A DNA stretch of 64,000 bases from Gemmatimonadaceae bacterium (GCA_051859245.1 JBHYGA010000010.1:1-64000), one strand, 5' to 3'. Counted from the first letter of the stretch, positions 30,164 through 43,678 are shown. The notes: a model not told the origin generated them from the sequence alone. Numbers and translations: made by a program.

Positions 30164-30730
30164 ATGCGTCCGATGACGAGCGCTCGTGTGTGGCTGTTTG
30201 CTAGTGCGCTGCTCGCAACGACTGTAGTCCCGCCACGCGCCGTGCGCGCCCAGTCGCTCATGAACGACATGCACGCCGAAGTCAGCGCTGTGCAGAAAAA
30301 GATCATCGATCTGGCGAACGCGATGCCGGAATCCAGCTACGCGTGGCGTCCGACCACCGGCGTGCGTTCTACCGGCGAAGTGTTCAAGCATGTTGCCGCC
30401 GATAACTATCTGATTCCGATCGCCATGGGCGCACCCGCACCCGCGTCGAGCGGAATATCGGCCACCGATATGTCGACGGTGCAAAAGTATGAAACACGCA
30501 CTGCAACCCGCGCCGAGATTATTGCGGAACTTGAAGCGTCCTTTCGACATCTGCATGGCGCGATGCGATTGACCACCGATACCAACCTCGGTGAAGGCAT
30601 CAAGTTTTTCGGTCAGGACATGACGCGTCAGAAAGTCATGATTGTCACGCTGTCGCACCTGCACGAACATCTGGGCCAGCTGATCGCGTATGCGCGGAGC
30701 AACAAAGTGGTCCCGCCGTGGAGCAAGTAG
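30164..30730 (+). CDS. Exported DinB family protein
   Basis: GGAG SD; signal peptide ending VRA-Q; WRPTTGVRSTGEVFKH, HLHEHLGQLIAYARSN. Confidence 0.85.
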   Translation: MRPMTSARVWLFASALLATTVVPPRAVRAQSLMNDMHAEVSAVQKKIIDLANAMPESSYAWRPTTGVRSTGEVFKHVAADNYLIPIAMGAPAPASSGISATDMSTVQKYETRTATRAEIIAELEASFRHLHGAMRLTTDTNLGEGIKFFGQDMTRQKVMIVTLSHLHEHLGQLIAYARSNKVVPPWSK

Positions 30731-30753
30731 CACCGCGCGCGTGGCGGCCTGCC

Positions 30754-31278
30754 ATGTGGCGGGCGACATGGACGCTGAGTCTGGCATGTCTGTCAGCGAG
30801 TGCATGCAAACCCACGTCGCAACCGCCCGCGGCACAGGCGGCATCGTCGCAGGAACTGTCGTCCACTGCTGATGCCGTTGCATATCTGAACTCCGAGGCC
30901 GCGCCGCCCGGTCTGCCATTTTCCGAGGCGGTGCGCGTTGGAGACCTCCTCTTGTTGTCCGGGCAGATCGGCACACGCAACGGCGAAATGGCCGTGGTGC
31001 CCGGCGGGCTGGAGCCGGAAGCGCGGCAAACCATGGACAACATTCGTGGCGTACTCGAACGCAACGGCCTCGGCATGCAACACGTGATCAAGTGCACAGT
31101 GATGCTCGCCGACATGGCAGAATGGCCAGCGTTTAACGCCATTTATCGCGAGTACTTCACGGCGCCGTATCCGGCGCGCAGTGCGCTCGGTGCCAACGGG
31201 CTCGCACTCGGCGCGCGTGTGGAGGTGGAGTGCATGGCGTCTTCGCGAACTCCCGGCCGCGCTGCCGTCGCGCCATAA
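30754..31278 (+). CDS. RidA/YjgF family protein with a lipoprotein-like N-terminus
   Basis: PFSEAV, LSGQIG, FNAIY, PARSA, VEVEC; N-terminal lipobox ASAC. Confidence 0.85.
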   Translation: MWRATWTLSLACLSASACKPTSQPPAAQAASSQELSSTADAVAYLNSEAAPPGLPFSEAVRVGDLLLLSGQIGTRNGEMAVVPGGLEPEARQTMDNIRGVLERNGLGMQHVIKCTVMLADMAEWPAFNAIYREYFTAPYPARSALGANGLALGARVEVECMASSRTPGRAAVAP

Positions 31279-31319
31279 ACACGCATAGCGACGCACGCAC
31301 ATCCATTGGACGGTCCCTG

Positions 31320-31772
31320 ATGTACGAAAAGACGCTCTATGCGGGTTGGGCCGATATGGACTTCAACTCGCACATGAAGAACACGGCGTATCTGGACAAG
31401 AGCGCCGACGTGCGACAGATGTTTCTCGCCGAGCATGGCTTCCCGATCGAAGAGTTCTTGCGCCTGCGCATTGGTCCGGTGGTGATGAAGGACGAGGTGG
31501 AGTATTTCAAGGAAGTCGGCTTGCAGCAACTGATACGGGTGACGTACGCCATGGCCGGTCACGCCGAGGACGGCAGCCGGTTTCTGCTGCGCCATGAAAT
31601 ATTCCGCCCGGACGGAAAACTCAGCGCCCGGGTGACAAGCTCCGGCGGATGGCTGGATTTGTCGGCCAGACGGTTGATCGCGCCGCCGCCACCGCTGCTT
31701 GCGGCCATGAACGCGCTGGAGCGAACCAGCGATTTTGTGGTGCTGCCCTCGAGCGTCCGAATCCGTCCCTGA
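31320..31772 (+). CDS. Hot-dog fold acyl-CoA thioesterase
   Basis: WADMDFNSHMKNTAY motif; GGWLDL. Confidence 0.85.
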   Translation: MYEKTLYAGWADMDFNSHMKNTAYLDKSADVRQMFLAEHGFPIEEFLRLRIGPVVMKDEVEYFKEVGLQQLIRVTYAMAGHAEDGSRFLLRHEIFRPDGKLSARVTSSGGWLDLSARRLIAPPPPLLAAMNALERTSDFVVLPSSVRIRP

Positions 31773-31813
31773 GCAGTCGCCGGCGCGGCCCTTGCCCGCC
31801 GTGACCTTTCGGC

Positions 31814-31836
31814 AGTACTTTGCGTCATAAAGTACT
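31814..31836. promoter_or_regulatory. Palindromic operator, box 1
   Basis: AGTACTTT-gcgtcat-AAAGTACT perfect 8-bp arms. Confidence 0.7.
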
Positions 31837-31895
31837 TGCCACTCTCGGCGAGTGACTGTCCGCCCGAAACTCCGGTTCACTGAGCACGTATGCTT

Positions 31896-31943
31896 ACTTT
31901 ATCGCACAAAGTTCTTGATATTGAACCCCGGGGCCCCGATACT
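31896..31943 (+). promoter_or_regulatory. Operator box 2 plus sigma70 promoter
   Basis: ACTTT-atcgcac-AAAGT, then TTGATA-N17-GATACT ending 6 nt before ATG 31950. Confidence 0.68.
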
Positions 31944-31949
31944 CGCCGT

Positions 31950-32582
31950 ATGACCGCTCCCAAACCCGAACCACCGGCGCTGCACGATCGCGCGATGAAG
32001 GACCTGTCGTTCATTCGGCGCACCATGGAAGGCGCTGCCTCGTTCACTGACGTGCCGGGATGGGGACTCGTCGCACTTGGCGCGATGGCTGTGGTCGCCG
32101 CGCTCGTCGCGTCCAGACAGACTACACCCGAGCGCTGGCTGGCCGTCTGGACGATTACGGCGGCAGTTGGCGCCATCATCGGCAGCGCCGCCATGCTGCA
32201 CAAAATGCGGCGGCGCGTTGGTCGCGAAAGCGCCCGCGCACTGAGTGTACCCGCCCGAAAATTTCTCTTCAGTCTGTGGCCGGCAATTCTCACGGGCGCC
32301 GTGCTCACTCTCGCGCTCATTGATCCGTTCACGCCAGGCCTCGACTCGCGACTTGTCGCCCGCGTGATTCCGGGCGTGTGGCTGCTGCTGTATGGCATGG
32401 GCGTCACGACCGCCGGCGCATTCTCCATTCGCGCCGTGCCGCTGATGGGCTTCGGCTTTATCGCACTGGGTGTCCTCGCACTCTTTCTTCCGTTCGCCAA
32501 CGGCAACGTCATGATGGCGCTTGGATTTGGCGGACTGCAAACTGCATTTGGCGTGCACATCGCACGGAGGCACGGTGGCTAA
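31950..32582 (+). CDS. Integral membrane protein, about 6 TM, unknown function
   Basis: LHDRAMKDLSFIRRTME N-terminal helix, then alternating hydrophobic segments. Confidence 0.8.
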   Translation: MTAPKPEPPALHDRAMKDLSFIRRTMEGAASFTDVPGWGLVALGAMAVVAALVASRQTTPERWLAVWTITAAVGAIIGSAAMLHKMRRRVGRESARALSVPARKFLFSLWPAILTGAVLTLALIDPFTPGLDSRLVARVIPGVWLLLYGMGVTTAGAFSIRAVPLMGFGFIALGVLALFLPFANGNVMMALGFGGLQTAFGVHIARRHGG

Positions 32583-33000
32583 GCGAGACGGAAGTGCAGC
32601 GCGCGCGCGACGCGACGAAGACATCACCGCAACCAACGCGGAACCGCGTAGCAGCGCGCGCAAAAAATCCACCACACTCCAAGCCGTCGACGGAGACGCC
32701 TCCATGCCCATGGCGCTCGATCGACTCATTCATGAGCGCTTGCGGCTCGCCATTGTGAGTTCGCTCGCTGTGCACGAGTCCCTCACGTTCAACGAACTCA
32801 AGTCACTGCTCGATACCTCCGACGGCAACGTGTCGGTGCACGCGCGCAAGCTGGAGGACGCCGGATATATCAGCTGCACGAAAGGCTACGAGGGACGTGT
32901 GCCACGCACGGAGTACCGACTCACGGCCGAAGGCCGGCGCGCGCTTGAGCACTACCTCGCGCACATGGAAGCACTGATCAAACGGGTGGGTGGCGCATGA
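32575..33000 (+). CDS. Winged-helix transcriptional regulator (HTH_34/ArsR-MarR-like)
   Basis: GGAGG SD plus GTG; LDRLIHERLRLAIVSSL, DGNVSVHARKLEDAGYI, PRTEYRLT. Confidence 0.9.
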   Translation: MAKRDGSAARARRDEDITATNAEPRSSARKKSTTLQAVDGDASMPMALDRLIHERLRLAIVSSLAVHESLTFNELKSLLDTSDGNVSVHARKLEDAGYISCTKGYEGRVPRTEYRLTAEGRRALEHYLAHMEALIKRVGGA

Positions 33001-33710
33001 GTCGTCAACACATGACGGTACCTGGCCATCTGGCCGTCATCATGGATGGCAATGGTCGGTGGGCGACGCAACGCGGGCGGCCGCGCTGGATGGGACACGT
33101 GCGAGGTGCGCAAACGGTGCGCAAAATGGTCACGCATTGCGCGCGTCGCGGCGTTGAACAGCTCTCGCTCTATGCCTTCTCCAGCGACAACTGGAAACGA
33201 CCAGCCGATGAAGTACGACTGCTGTTCGAGTTGTTCGCCACGCATCTGGATCGACAGCTGCCAGAGTTGCTGACCAATAACATTCGCCTGTCCATCATCG
33301 GGCGACGTGATCGGCTGCCCACGTCGCTGGTTGCGCGCATTCAGGAAGCGGAGGCACGGACGCGTGCATGCACGCGGATGCACGTTCGTGTGGCCATTGA
33401 TTACTCCAGCCGCGCTGCGATTCAACGGGCCGCGAGCGACGGTGATCTGGCCGCTGGTTCCGATCACGCGACCGTCGCGGATTCGAGCATCCTGCCGGCC
33501 GTTGACCTGGTGCTGCGCACTGGTGGCGAACGACGGCTGTCTGATTTCTTGCTGTGGGAAAGCGCCTACGCGGAGCTCGCATTTCTCGATGCGAACTTTC
33601 CCGATCTTTCCGCCAATGATCTGGACAACGTCTTCGCCGATTACGCCGCACGCGATCGTCGCTTTGGTGGCGTCACGATCACCAACGAATTGATCAAGGA
33701 GAGCGCGTGA
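32997..33710 (+). CDS. uppS: cis-prenyltransferase (UppS-like)
   Basis: IMDGNGRWA, LYAFSSDNWKRP, RTGGERRLSDFLLWESAYAEL, RDRRFGG. Confidence 0.9.
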   Translation: MSRQHMTVPGHLAVIMDGNGRWATQRGRPRWMGHVRGAQTVRKMVTHCARRGVEQLSLYAFSSDNWKRPADEVRLLFELFATHLDRQLPELLTNNIRLSIIGRRDRLPTSLVARIQEAEARTRACTRMHVRVAIDYSSRAAIQRAASDGDLAAGSDHATVADSSILPAVDLVLRTGGERRLSDFLLWESAYAELAFLDANFPDLSANDLDNVFADYAARDRRFGGVTITNELIKESA

Positions 33711-35167
33711 CACCGCAACTCGCACGTCGACTGCTTGTGGCCGCGACAGTATTGGGACTCGCTGGCAACTGGTTGCTGCGCGCAGAATGGTGGCGCGCCG
33801 GATTTCTCGTATGGGTACTCGGCATTCTCAGCGTCGCCTACGCGGCTACGCGCTTCAGCATAGCACGCAGCAACACGGCGCCAGATCCGAGCGCGCACCG
33901 CGAGCGCACGATGCTCTTCGTGAGCGCCGCGCTGCTGGCGTTGCTCCTGGTACTGCGTGACGCAGAAATCCTCTTCGTGCTCGATCTCTTTGCGCTGCTC
34001 GTGGTCGCGGCGCTCATCGCCTGGCGCGCGGCGGGCCGTCCGCTCGCGACGCTTGAGCCACGTGATTGCGCCGTCGGTGGCATTGCCGCGGTTTCAACCA
34101 TGATTGCGGGCGCACCAATGTTGGCACTGCGAGACGCCGCACCAGTGCGACTGGAATCGGCGCAGCGCCGAGCGCTTGGCGGCTATGGTGTTGGCGCGAT
34201 CGCGGCCGCACCCGTGTTGATCGCCGTAGCGCTGTTGCTGGGTTCCGCCGATCCGTTGTTTGCCCAGTTGCTTGAGGACGCTGGTGCCATGCTCGATGTG
34301 AGTCTGGTGGGACACGGTGTTGGCACGTTCATGGCTGCCTGGGTTGTTGCCGGCGCACTGCGTGGTTCCCTGGTCATGACCGGCGCGGGGACACTGGCGG
34401 GTCGGATCCAACCGCGTCTTTCGTTTCCGGTCATCGCACCGCTGCTGACGGGTCTCACGGTACTGCTGAGCATCTGGATTGCGTTGCAAGTGCGCACGAT
34501 TTTTGGCGGTGCGGAGTACGTAGCCACCGCAAGCGGTGTGACCGTTGCCGACTACGCACGACAGGGATTTTTTGAGTTGATCGTGATTGCGGGTATTGTG
34601 CTCGCCGCGCTGTTGCTTGCCGACGAAGTGCTTGCCCGCGACGCCGAGCGCGAACGCCGAACGTTTCGCCGATTTGGTCTGGCACTGCTCGCCCTGGTGA
34701 GCGCACTGCTTGTGTCCGCTGTTTTCCGACTGGCGTTGTACCTGCGCTACTATGGTCTCACCGATGACCGCGTGCTGGCGTTAGCCGTGTTGGTCTGGGT
34801 CGCTGCCGTGCTCGGATGGTTTGGGTTCACAGTGCTACGGAACGTCCGCGCGCGATTTGCGCCTGGTGTGCTTGTTGTGTCAGCGATCTGGCTCGGCGCG
34901 TTCAACCTGCTGAACCCAGAGCGCTGGATTGTGGAGACCAACTTGAGTCGGGCGGAGCGCGGGCTTGAGTTTGACGTCAAGTACCACGCCAGACTGTCCG
35001 GCGATGCGCTGCCAGCGTTGCTCGATGGGGCGGATCGACTTGGCCCAGCGCGGGCGGCGGAACTACGCGCCGCAGTGACAACGGTGTGGACGGCACGTGC
35101 AGCGGAACGCGCTGACTGGCGTTCGTGGAGCGTGCCATACGTCATCGCCGCGCGACGCGTGGAGTGA
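33707..35167 (+). CDS. Polytopic membrane protein, DUF4153/DUF4173-like
   Basis: LLGSADPLF, ADYARQGFFEL, RLALY...YGLT..R, LNPERWIVETN, LSGDA. Confidence 0.82.
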   Translation: MTPQLARRLLVAATVLGLAGNWLLRAEWWRAGFLVWVLGILSVAYAATRFSIARSNTAPDPSAHRERTMLFVSAALLALLLVLRDAEILFVLDLFALLVVAALIAWRAAGRPLATLEPRDCAVGGIAAVSTMIAGAPMLALRDAAPVRLESAQRRALGGYGVGAIAAAPVLIAVALLLGSADPLFAQLLEDAGAMLDVSLVGHGVGTFMAAWVVAGALRGSLVMTGAGTLAGRIQPRLSFPVIAPLLTGLTVLLSIWIALQVRTIFGGAEYVATASGVTVADYARQGFFELIVIAGIVLAALLLADEVLARDAERERRTFRRFGLALLALVSALLVSAVFRLALYLRYYGLTDDRVLALAVLVWVAAVLGWFGFTVLRNVRARFAPGVLVVSAIWLGAFNLLNPERWIVETNLSRAERGLEFDVKYHARLSGDALPALLDGADRLGPARAAELRAAVTTVWTARAAERADWRSWSVPYVIAARRVE

Positions 35168-35645
35168 GACAGGCTCAAGCACGTCGTCTTCTACTTTGCG
35201 GGCTTCAAGCGACATATTGGTGTATATCCACCAATGAACAATGACGCTGCGCAAGTAGCGGAGACCGCGCGGCGATTCGATTTGCCTGAATCACCGGAGT
35301 ACGAAATGTCGGTTCAGCCGAGCGTGGGAGACCGCACGTTGCAAGGCACAGCAGTGGTGGGCGTTGCCACGCCGCCCTAGTTGAGCGCGCTGTATCGTGA
35401 GCTCATGAGCCCATGCTTCGTCAACATACGCGCCAGGCGCAAGCGCGCGCTCAGTCGTAACCCAACGCACGCACTGCACACTGCATCGCGTCAGAGTCGG
35501 GGAAATCCGCACAAACGCGATAGATGATACCTGACTGAATGTCAGCCTGATTCCCGCGAAGCTTCAGAGTTTCGCAGGTAGGTCGAGGCACGTGTCCGCA
35601 CGTCGGTGCGCATGGACTCGATCGCGTGCCTATGGGAAGCAGAAC

Positions 35646-39346
<3,701 letters not shown>

Positions 39347-39371
39347 TCACTGAAAGTAAGGATGCCAAGCT

Positions 39372-39422
39372 ATAGGCCGCAACCACTTTCGCACTATACA
39401 AACCATAGCCGATGCCTATACT
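39372..39422. promoter_or_regulatory. OxyR-type binding site overlapping the oxyR -10
   Basis: ATAG-N7-CTAT at 39405-39419, with further ATAG/CTAT in 11-bp register at 39372 and 39394; TATACT at 39417-39422. Confidence 0.72.
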
Positions 39423-39428
39423 TAGAAA

Positions 39429-40316
39429 ATGGACACCACCCTTCTACGGGCCTTTCTGGAGGCTGCTGACGCTGGTTCACTGAGTCGCGCGGCACGATTG
39501 CTGTCGCTGTCGCAGCCCTCACTCACGGCTCAGATCCAGCGGTTAGAGCAGCACCTCGGAGCGCCGCTCTTTGAGCGGCACGGACGCGGCGTGTCGCTGA
39601 CCGAGGCCGGTCGGTCATTGTATCCGCGGGCGCGGCGGATTCTCAATGACGTGCGTGAGACAGAGAATCTTGTTCGGCACGAACGATCGATGTCTGTGGG
39701 GACGCTCACGGTTGGTGCGATCCCAACGGTTGCCCCGTATGTGTTGCCTGCTGCGGTAAAACGGATGCGCGCGCGGGACGCCGCCATGCGCGTGGAGTTG
39801 CGCGAGGACTACAGCAGCGTGCTCGCGCGCATGTTGCGCGACGGAGCGCTTGATGTGGTGATTGCGGCGCTGCCGTACGCGTTCGAACACCTCGACACCG
39901 AGGTGCTGGGTTCCGACGCGTTGATGGTGGCGGTGCCTGGTTCGCACGCCGCGGCGCGAAGCGGTCGCATCACGCTCACGCAGCTGCGGGAATCGCCCGC
40001 CGTCACGCTCGACCCATCGCACTGTCTCGGCGCGCAAGTCGCGGGGTTCTGTTCAAGTCGCGACATCTCACCGTCGGTGGTGTGCCACAGTGCGCAGCTT
40101 GCAACGGTGCTTGAGCTGGTAGGGGCTGGCGTTGGCGTGTCGATCGTGCCAGCCATGGCGGCGGCGCGACACAACACGCCAGAGTGTGTATACGTGCCGC
40201 TCGCGGAGCACACGTTGCAGCGCGAGATCGTGGCGGTGTGGAGACGTGGCGCGGAGAAGTCGGCGCAGGCGCGGAGTTTCGTGGATTGTGTTCGGGATGT
40301 TGTGCGCGGGGTGTAG
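39429..40316 (+). CDS. oxyR: OxyR-like LysR regulator
   Basis: LysR HTH; GAIPTVAPYVLP; HC-x8-C (HCLGAQVAGFC) matching the OxyR redox Cys pair; divergent from katG. Confidence 0.85.
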   Translation: MDTTLLRAFLEAADAGSLSRAARLLSLSQPSLTAQIQRLEQHLGAPLFERHGRGVSLTEAGRSLYPRARRILNDVRETENLVRHERSMSVGTLTVGAIPTVAPYVLPAAVKRMRARDAAMRVELREDYSSVLARMLRDGALDVVIAALPYAFEHLDTEVLGSDALMVAVPGSHAAARSGRITLTQLRESPAVTLDPSHCLGAQVAGFCSSRDISPSVVCHSAQLATVLELVGAGVGVSIVPAMAAARHNTPECVYVPLAEHTLQREIVAVWRRGAEKSAQARSFVDCVRDVVRGV

Positions 40317-40345
40317 TGCGTCGCAATCTCGCTCGTGCTTGCAGT

Positions 40346-40370
40346 CTCCGTGCCTCCGCGCCTCCGTGGT
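40346..40370. repeat. 8-bp tandem unit CTCCGYGC x3 between convergent genes
   Basis: CTCCGTGC CTCCGCGC CTCCGTGG T. Confidence 0.6.
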
Positions 40371-40393
40371 AAACGCTGTTTCAGTTCGCGCGC

Positions 40394-41674
40394 TTACTTG
40401 ATCGCCGGCGCAACAGGCGCAAGAATCCGCTGCGCAATCAGGATGAACCCAAGCAACATCAGCACCGCGACACCCTGCGCTTTTACGACGGATAGCATCA
40501 ACACCTGCGTGCAGAAAGTCGTCACCGCCCACCAGAGCACCGGCCCAAGGATCGCCGAGAACCGTCCGACCATTCCGTACAATCCGTAGAACTCACCAAT
40601 CCGCTCAGGCGGCGTGAGTTGCAGCATGAGCGGCCGGTCGGCGCTCCACGTACCACCGAGCGCGATGCCCGCCATGGAGGCAACGACGTACAGCGTGGCA
40701 GCCGGAAGAGTGAACAGCGCCACGCTTGACGCCGCAATGAAGGTGGCAATCCACAGCCAGAGCACGGCGTCGAGTGTGCGCTTGGGTCCGATGCGATCCA
40801 CCAATCGTCCCCACAACAAGCCACCCACAACAGCGAAACTGATCGCGGACATCATGATCAGTCGCGCGGTCTTTTCCCCTGCCGCGCTTGATTGCCCGGC
40901 AGCAACCGACACGTTGATGGTAAACAGCGCCATGATCATGATCAGCGTGTTCAGCGCGTCTGTATAGAACATGCGCCCGATCAAAAATCGGATCAGCCCG
41001 GGAAATTCTGAACCACTGCGCAGCGTGCGCCACGTTTGCTGCGTGGATTCGCGAATCATGGCAAGGCCGAAGATCGGCCGCGGGTTGGCATTGCCTCGCT
41101 CACGTACAAACACAAAACACGGGATCGCGAGCAGCAGAAACGCTATCGCGATCGCTGTAAACAAAAAGGCGGTGTCGTTGGATCCGTACAGCATGCCAAT
41201 GCCAACCGCGAAATACGACCCGAGGTACCCAAGTCCTACACCAATTCCGGAAATGCGTCCACGATTCTCCGGCGTGCTTACCTCGGGCAGCAGCGCATCA
41301 TAGAACTGAAGACCCGCCTGATACGCGGCGTTCGCCAACACAAAGGCGATCAATGTTGGCCAGTATGCCAGTCGACCCAGCGTGAGCGTGAGTGCCACGC
41401 ACAGCACCGTGCTGACAATGAGAAATGGCATGCGTCTGCGGGCGCGATCTGTCATCGCCCCAAGAAGCGGCGAGGCAAAAAAGATCAGTCCCATCGACAC
41501 GGCCGTGGTCAGACTTAATACACTGTCTGCACGATCCTCACCAACCGTCGCGCGTATCCACGTCGGGAAGTACAGCGACACCACGCCCATCGAAAAAATC
41601 GTGTTGGCCAGATCGTAGAGCACCCAGCTGGCGACCGCGCGGCGCGGGATTGCCGGTTCAACGCCGCGACGCAT
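40394..41674 (-). CDS. MFS transporter (Atg22/UMF1-like)
   Basis: WVLYDLANTIFS, FYDALLPEV, GRISGIG, EFYGLY; about 12 TM. Confidence 0.9.
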   Translation of the reverse strand: MRRGVEPAIPRRAVASWVLYDLANTIFSMGVVSLYFPTWIRATVGEDRADSVLSLTTAVSMGLIFFASPLLGAMTDRARRRMPFLIVSTVLCVALTLTLGRLAYWPTLIAFVLANAAYQAGLQFYDALLPEVSTPENRGRISGIGVGLGYLGSYFAVGIGMLYGSNDTAFLFTAIAIAFLLLAIPCFVFVRERGNANPRPIFGLAMIRESTQQTWRTLRSGSEFPGLIRFLIGRMFYTDALNTLIMIMALFTINVSVAAGQSSAAGEKTARLIMMSAISFAVVGGLLWGRLVDRIGPKRTLDAVLWLWIATFIAASSVALFTLPAATLYVVASMAGIALGGTWSADRPLMLQLTPPERIGEFYGLYGMVGRFSAILGPVLWWAVTTFCTQVLMLSVVKAQGVAVLMLLGFILIAQRILAPVAPAIK

Positions 41675-41677
41675 TGC

Positions 41678-43603
41678 CTAGCGTGCGCCGATCGCGCGCA
41701 GCAACTGGTCGGGCTCGTAGACACGTCCGCCCAGAATTACGCGGTGCACGTTGCGCAATGCACCGATCTGTTCCAGGGGGTTGCCGTTCACAATTGCGAT
41801 ATCCGCTTCCTTTCCAACAGCAATGCTCCCGTGCAGCGAGTCCTCCCCCATCACACGCGCGGACATGAGCGTGGCCATCTGCAAGACCACCGAGGCCGGA
41901 ATTCCGGCGCGTACATACACTTCGAGTTCATTCACGTACGTGACGCTTCCTTGCGCGTCTGTACCTGGCACCATGGGAATGCCGGCATCGTACAGGCGTT
42001 TCACAAGCGTCAGCCAGTTTGCATTCGCGGAGTCGGCAGCGCTCGTCGGTGTGCCACCGGTTGTTGAGTTGCCTGCGGCAAACCCCTGGTACCAAAGAGA
42101 AAACGTCCCGTCAATCACCGTGCCATGCGTTTTGAACGTGTTGAGCATCGCCGTCATCTGCGCGCTGTTCACATCAATACGCGGTGCCACGAGCTGGGCC
42201 ACCGCTGAGTACGGACGCATGGTCGGTGTGTACAGCGAGTCCTGATAGAACGTAGAAAACAGGAACGCGCCATGATTGATTTCATCAAAGCCGAGTCTCA
42301 CGGCCGCCTCGGTGCTCAGTCCGCGCGGAACATGTCCACTGAGTCGCAGGCCGCGCGCGCTTGCCTCCGCTGCGATTGTGGGCACCAGATCCGGATGCAC
42401 GAGATTGTACAGCTTGACTTGTTTGTAGCCAAGTCGGTGGTACATCGCGACCATTTCACGCGCTTCGGTTTCCGTGCGCACAATTGCATCACTCGGCCCG
42501 GCCCACGCGCCGGGGCCTTCGATGAAACCACCGAGGATGGTGCGCGGTCCGAGGTAGTCACCGCGCGACACCGCGTCCCGATAGTTGACGGCGACATCTG
42601 TGTCGGCGGCCAGATCACGGCTCGTGGTAATGCCACGCGCAAGTTGCATAATACCACCCATCGTAGACGAGGTGGATTGCAAGTGTGCATGCATCTCCCA
42701 CATGCCAGGCATCACCGTCTTGCCGGTCGCGTCCACGCGCTGTGCACCGGCCGGAATGCGCACACTCGTGCTCGGTCCAAGGGCGATAATGCGTGAGCCC
42801 TCGATCACCACCGTATGGTCTGGCAGCAGCACTCCACGGTCGGCGTCAAACACAGAACCGCCGGTGATTGCAACAGCCGGTACCTTCGGAGGTCCTAACG
42901 CGGCCATGAGGGCGCGCGCTTGTCTGTCCCGATACCCAAGTTCTATCGCACGCAGCGTTGGCAAGCTGGCCTGCGCACCCTCGCGCACCGTAATGAACCA
43001 GCCAACCTGACTGGCGAACAATTCGCCTCGCGCGTCGATCCAGACGGCGTCCGGTGTGTACCCGGTAGCACGATGCAACAGGGCCAGCCGCACGCGCTGC
43101 GAACCGCTCGTCGTGTTCACCGCGGTATCCGCGACGATCTCCAATCGCACGGTTCCCGTTGGTAGCAGCGGCAGCGTGGTCACGCCACGACGCAGCAACT
43201 CGCGGGCCAGCAACGCCTGTTCAATCGGTCCGGCGCCGGCCAGTCGATAGACGCCCGCGCCAGTTGGCATCGCGCGATTCACAGTGCCACCCACGCGCCA
43301 ACGCACAGAGTCCGCGCTCACGACGAACGCGTTACTCTCGGCGCCGGGCACGCCGTCATTGAGTCCGATTCCGCGAATGCTGCCGGCGACCGGCGAGCCA
43401 TCGGCAGCAAAACGATATCGCACCTCGAAGCGCGTTCCTCGATTCCGATCCACATGCCGATAGTGCGCGAGCAGCGAATCCGCATCGCGCACCACCAGCA
43501 TTTCACCGGCTGGTCGACCGTGGTTGATCACATCGTACCGCGTGCTGTCTGGAGCCAACACGGACAGCGTTGCAACGGCGACAACTGAAAGAGGGCTGAG
43601 CAT
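41678..43603 (-). CDS. Secreted amidohydrolase family protein
   Basis: GKTVMPGMWEMHAH, KLY, SGH, PGTD, GSIAVGKEAD. Confidence 0.88.
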   Translation of the reverse strand: MLSPLSVVAVATLSVLAPDSTRYDVINHGRPAGEMLVVRDADSLLAHYRHVDRNRGTRFEVRYRFAADGSPVAGSIRGIGLNDGVPGAESNAFVVSADSVRWRVGGTVNRAMPTGAGVYRLAGAGPIEQALLARELLRRGVTTLPLLPTGTVRLEIVADTAVNTTSGSQRVRLALLHRATGYTPDAVWIDARGELFASQVGWFITVREGAQASLPTLRAIELGYRDRQARALMAALGPPKVPAVAITGGSVFDADRGVLLPDHTVVIEGSRIIALGPSTSVRIPAGAQRVDATGKTVMPGMWEMHAHLQSTSSTMGGIMQLARGITTSRDLAADTDVAVNYRDAVSRGDYLGPRTILGGFIEGPGAWAGPSDAIVRTETEAREMVAMYHRLGYKQVKLYNLVHPDLVPTIAAEASARGLRLSGHVPRGLSTEAAVRLGFDEINHGAFLFSTFYQDSLYTPTMRPYSAVAQLVAPRIDVNSAQMTAMLNTFKTHGTVIDGTFSLWYQGFAAGNSTTGGTPTSAADSANANWLTLVKRLYDAGIPMVPGTDAQGSVTYVNELEVYVRAGIPASVVLQMATLMSARVMGEDSLHGSIAVGKEADIAIVNGNPLEQIGALRNVHRVILGGRVYEPDQLLRAIGAR

Positions 43604-43678
43604 CGGAGCGCAGTGGTAAGGAGGCAAAACCGTCGCACGGCGAGTGCTGCCCATTATGCAGTGCCGAGGCGCGAGGCG

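Noticed and set aside
35191..35210. Third copy of the ACTTT-N7-AAAGT box
   Set aside because: Only the left half-site (TACTTTGCG) is present
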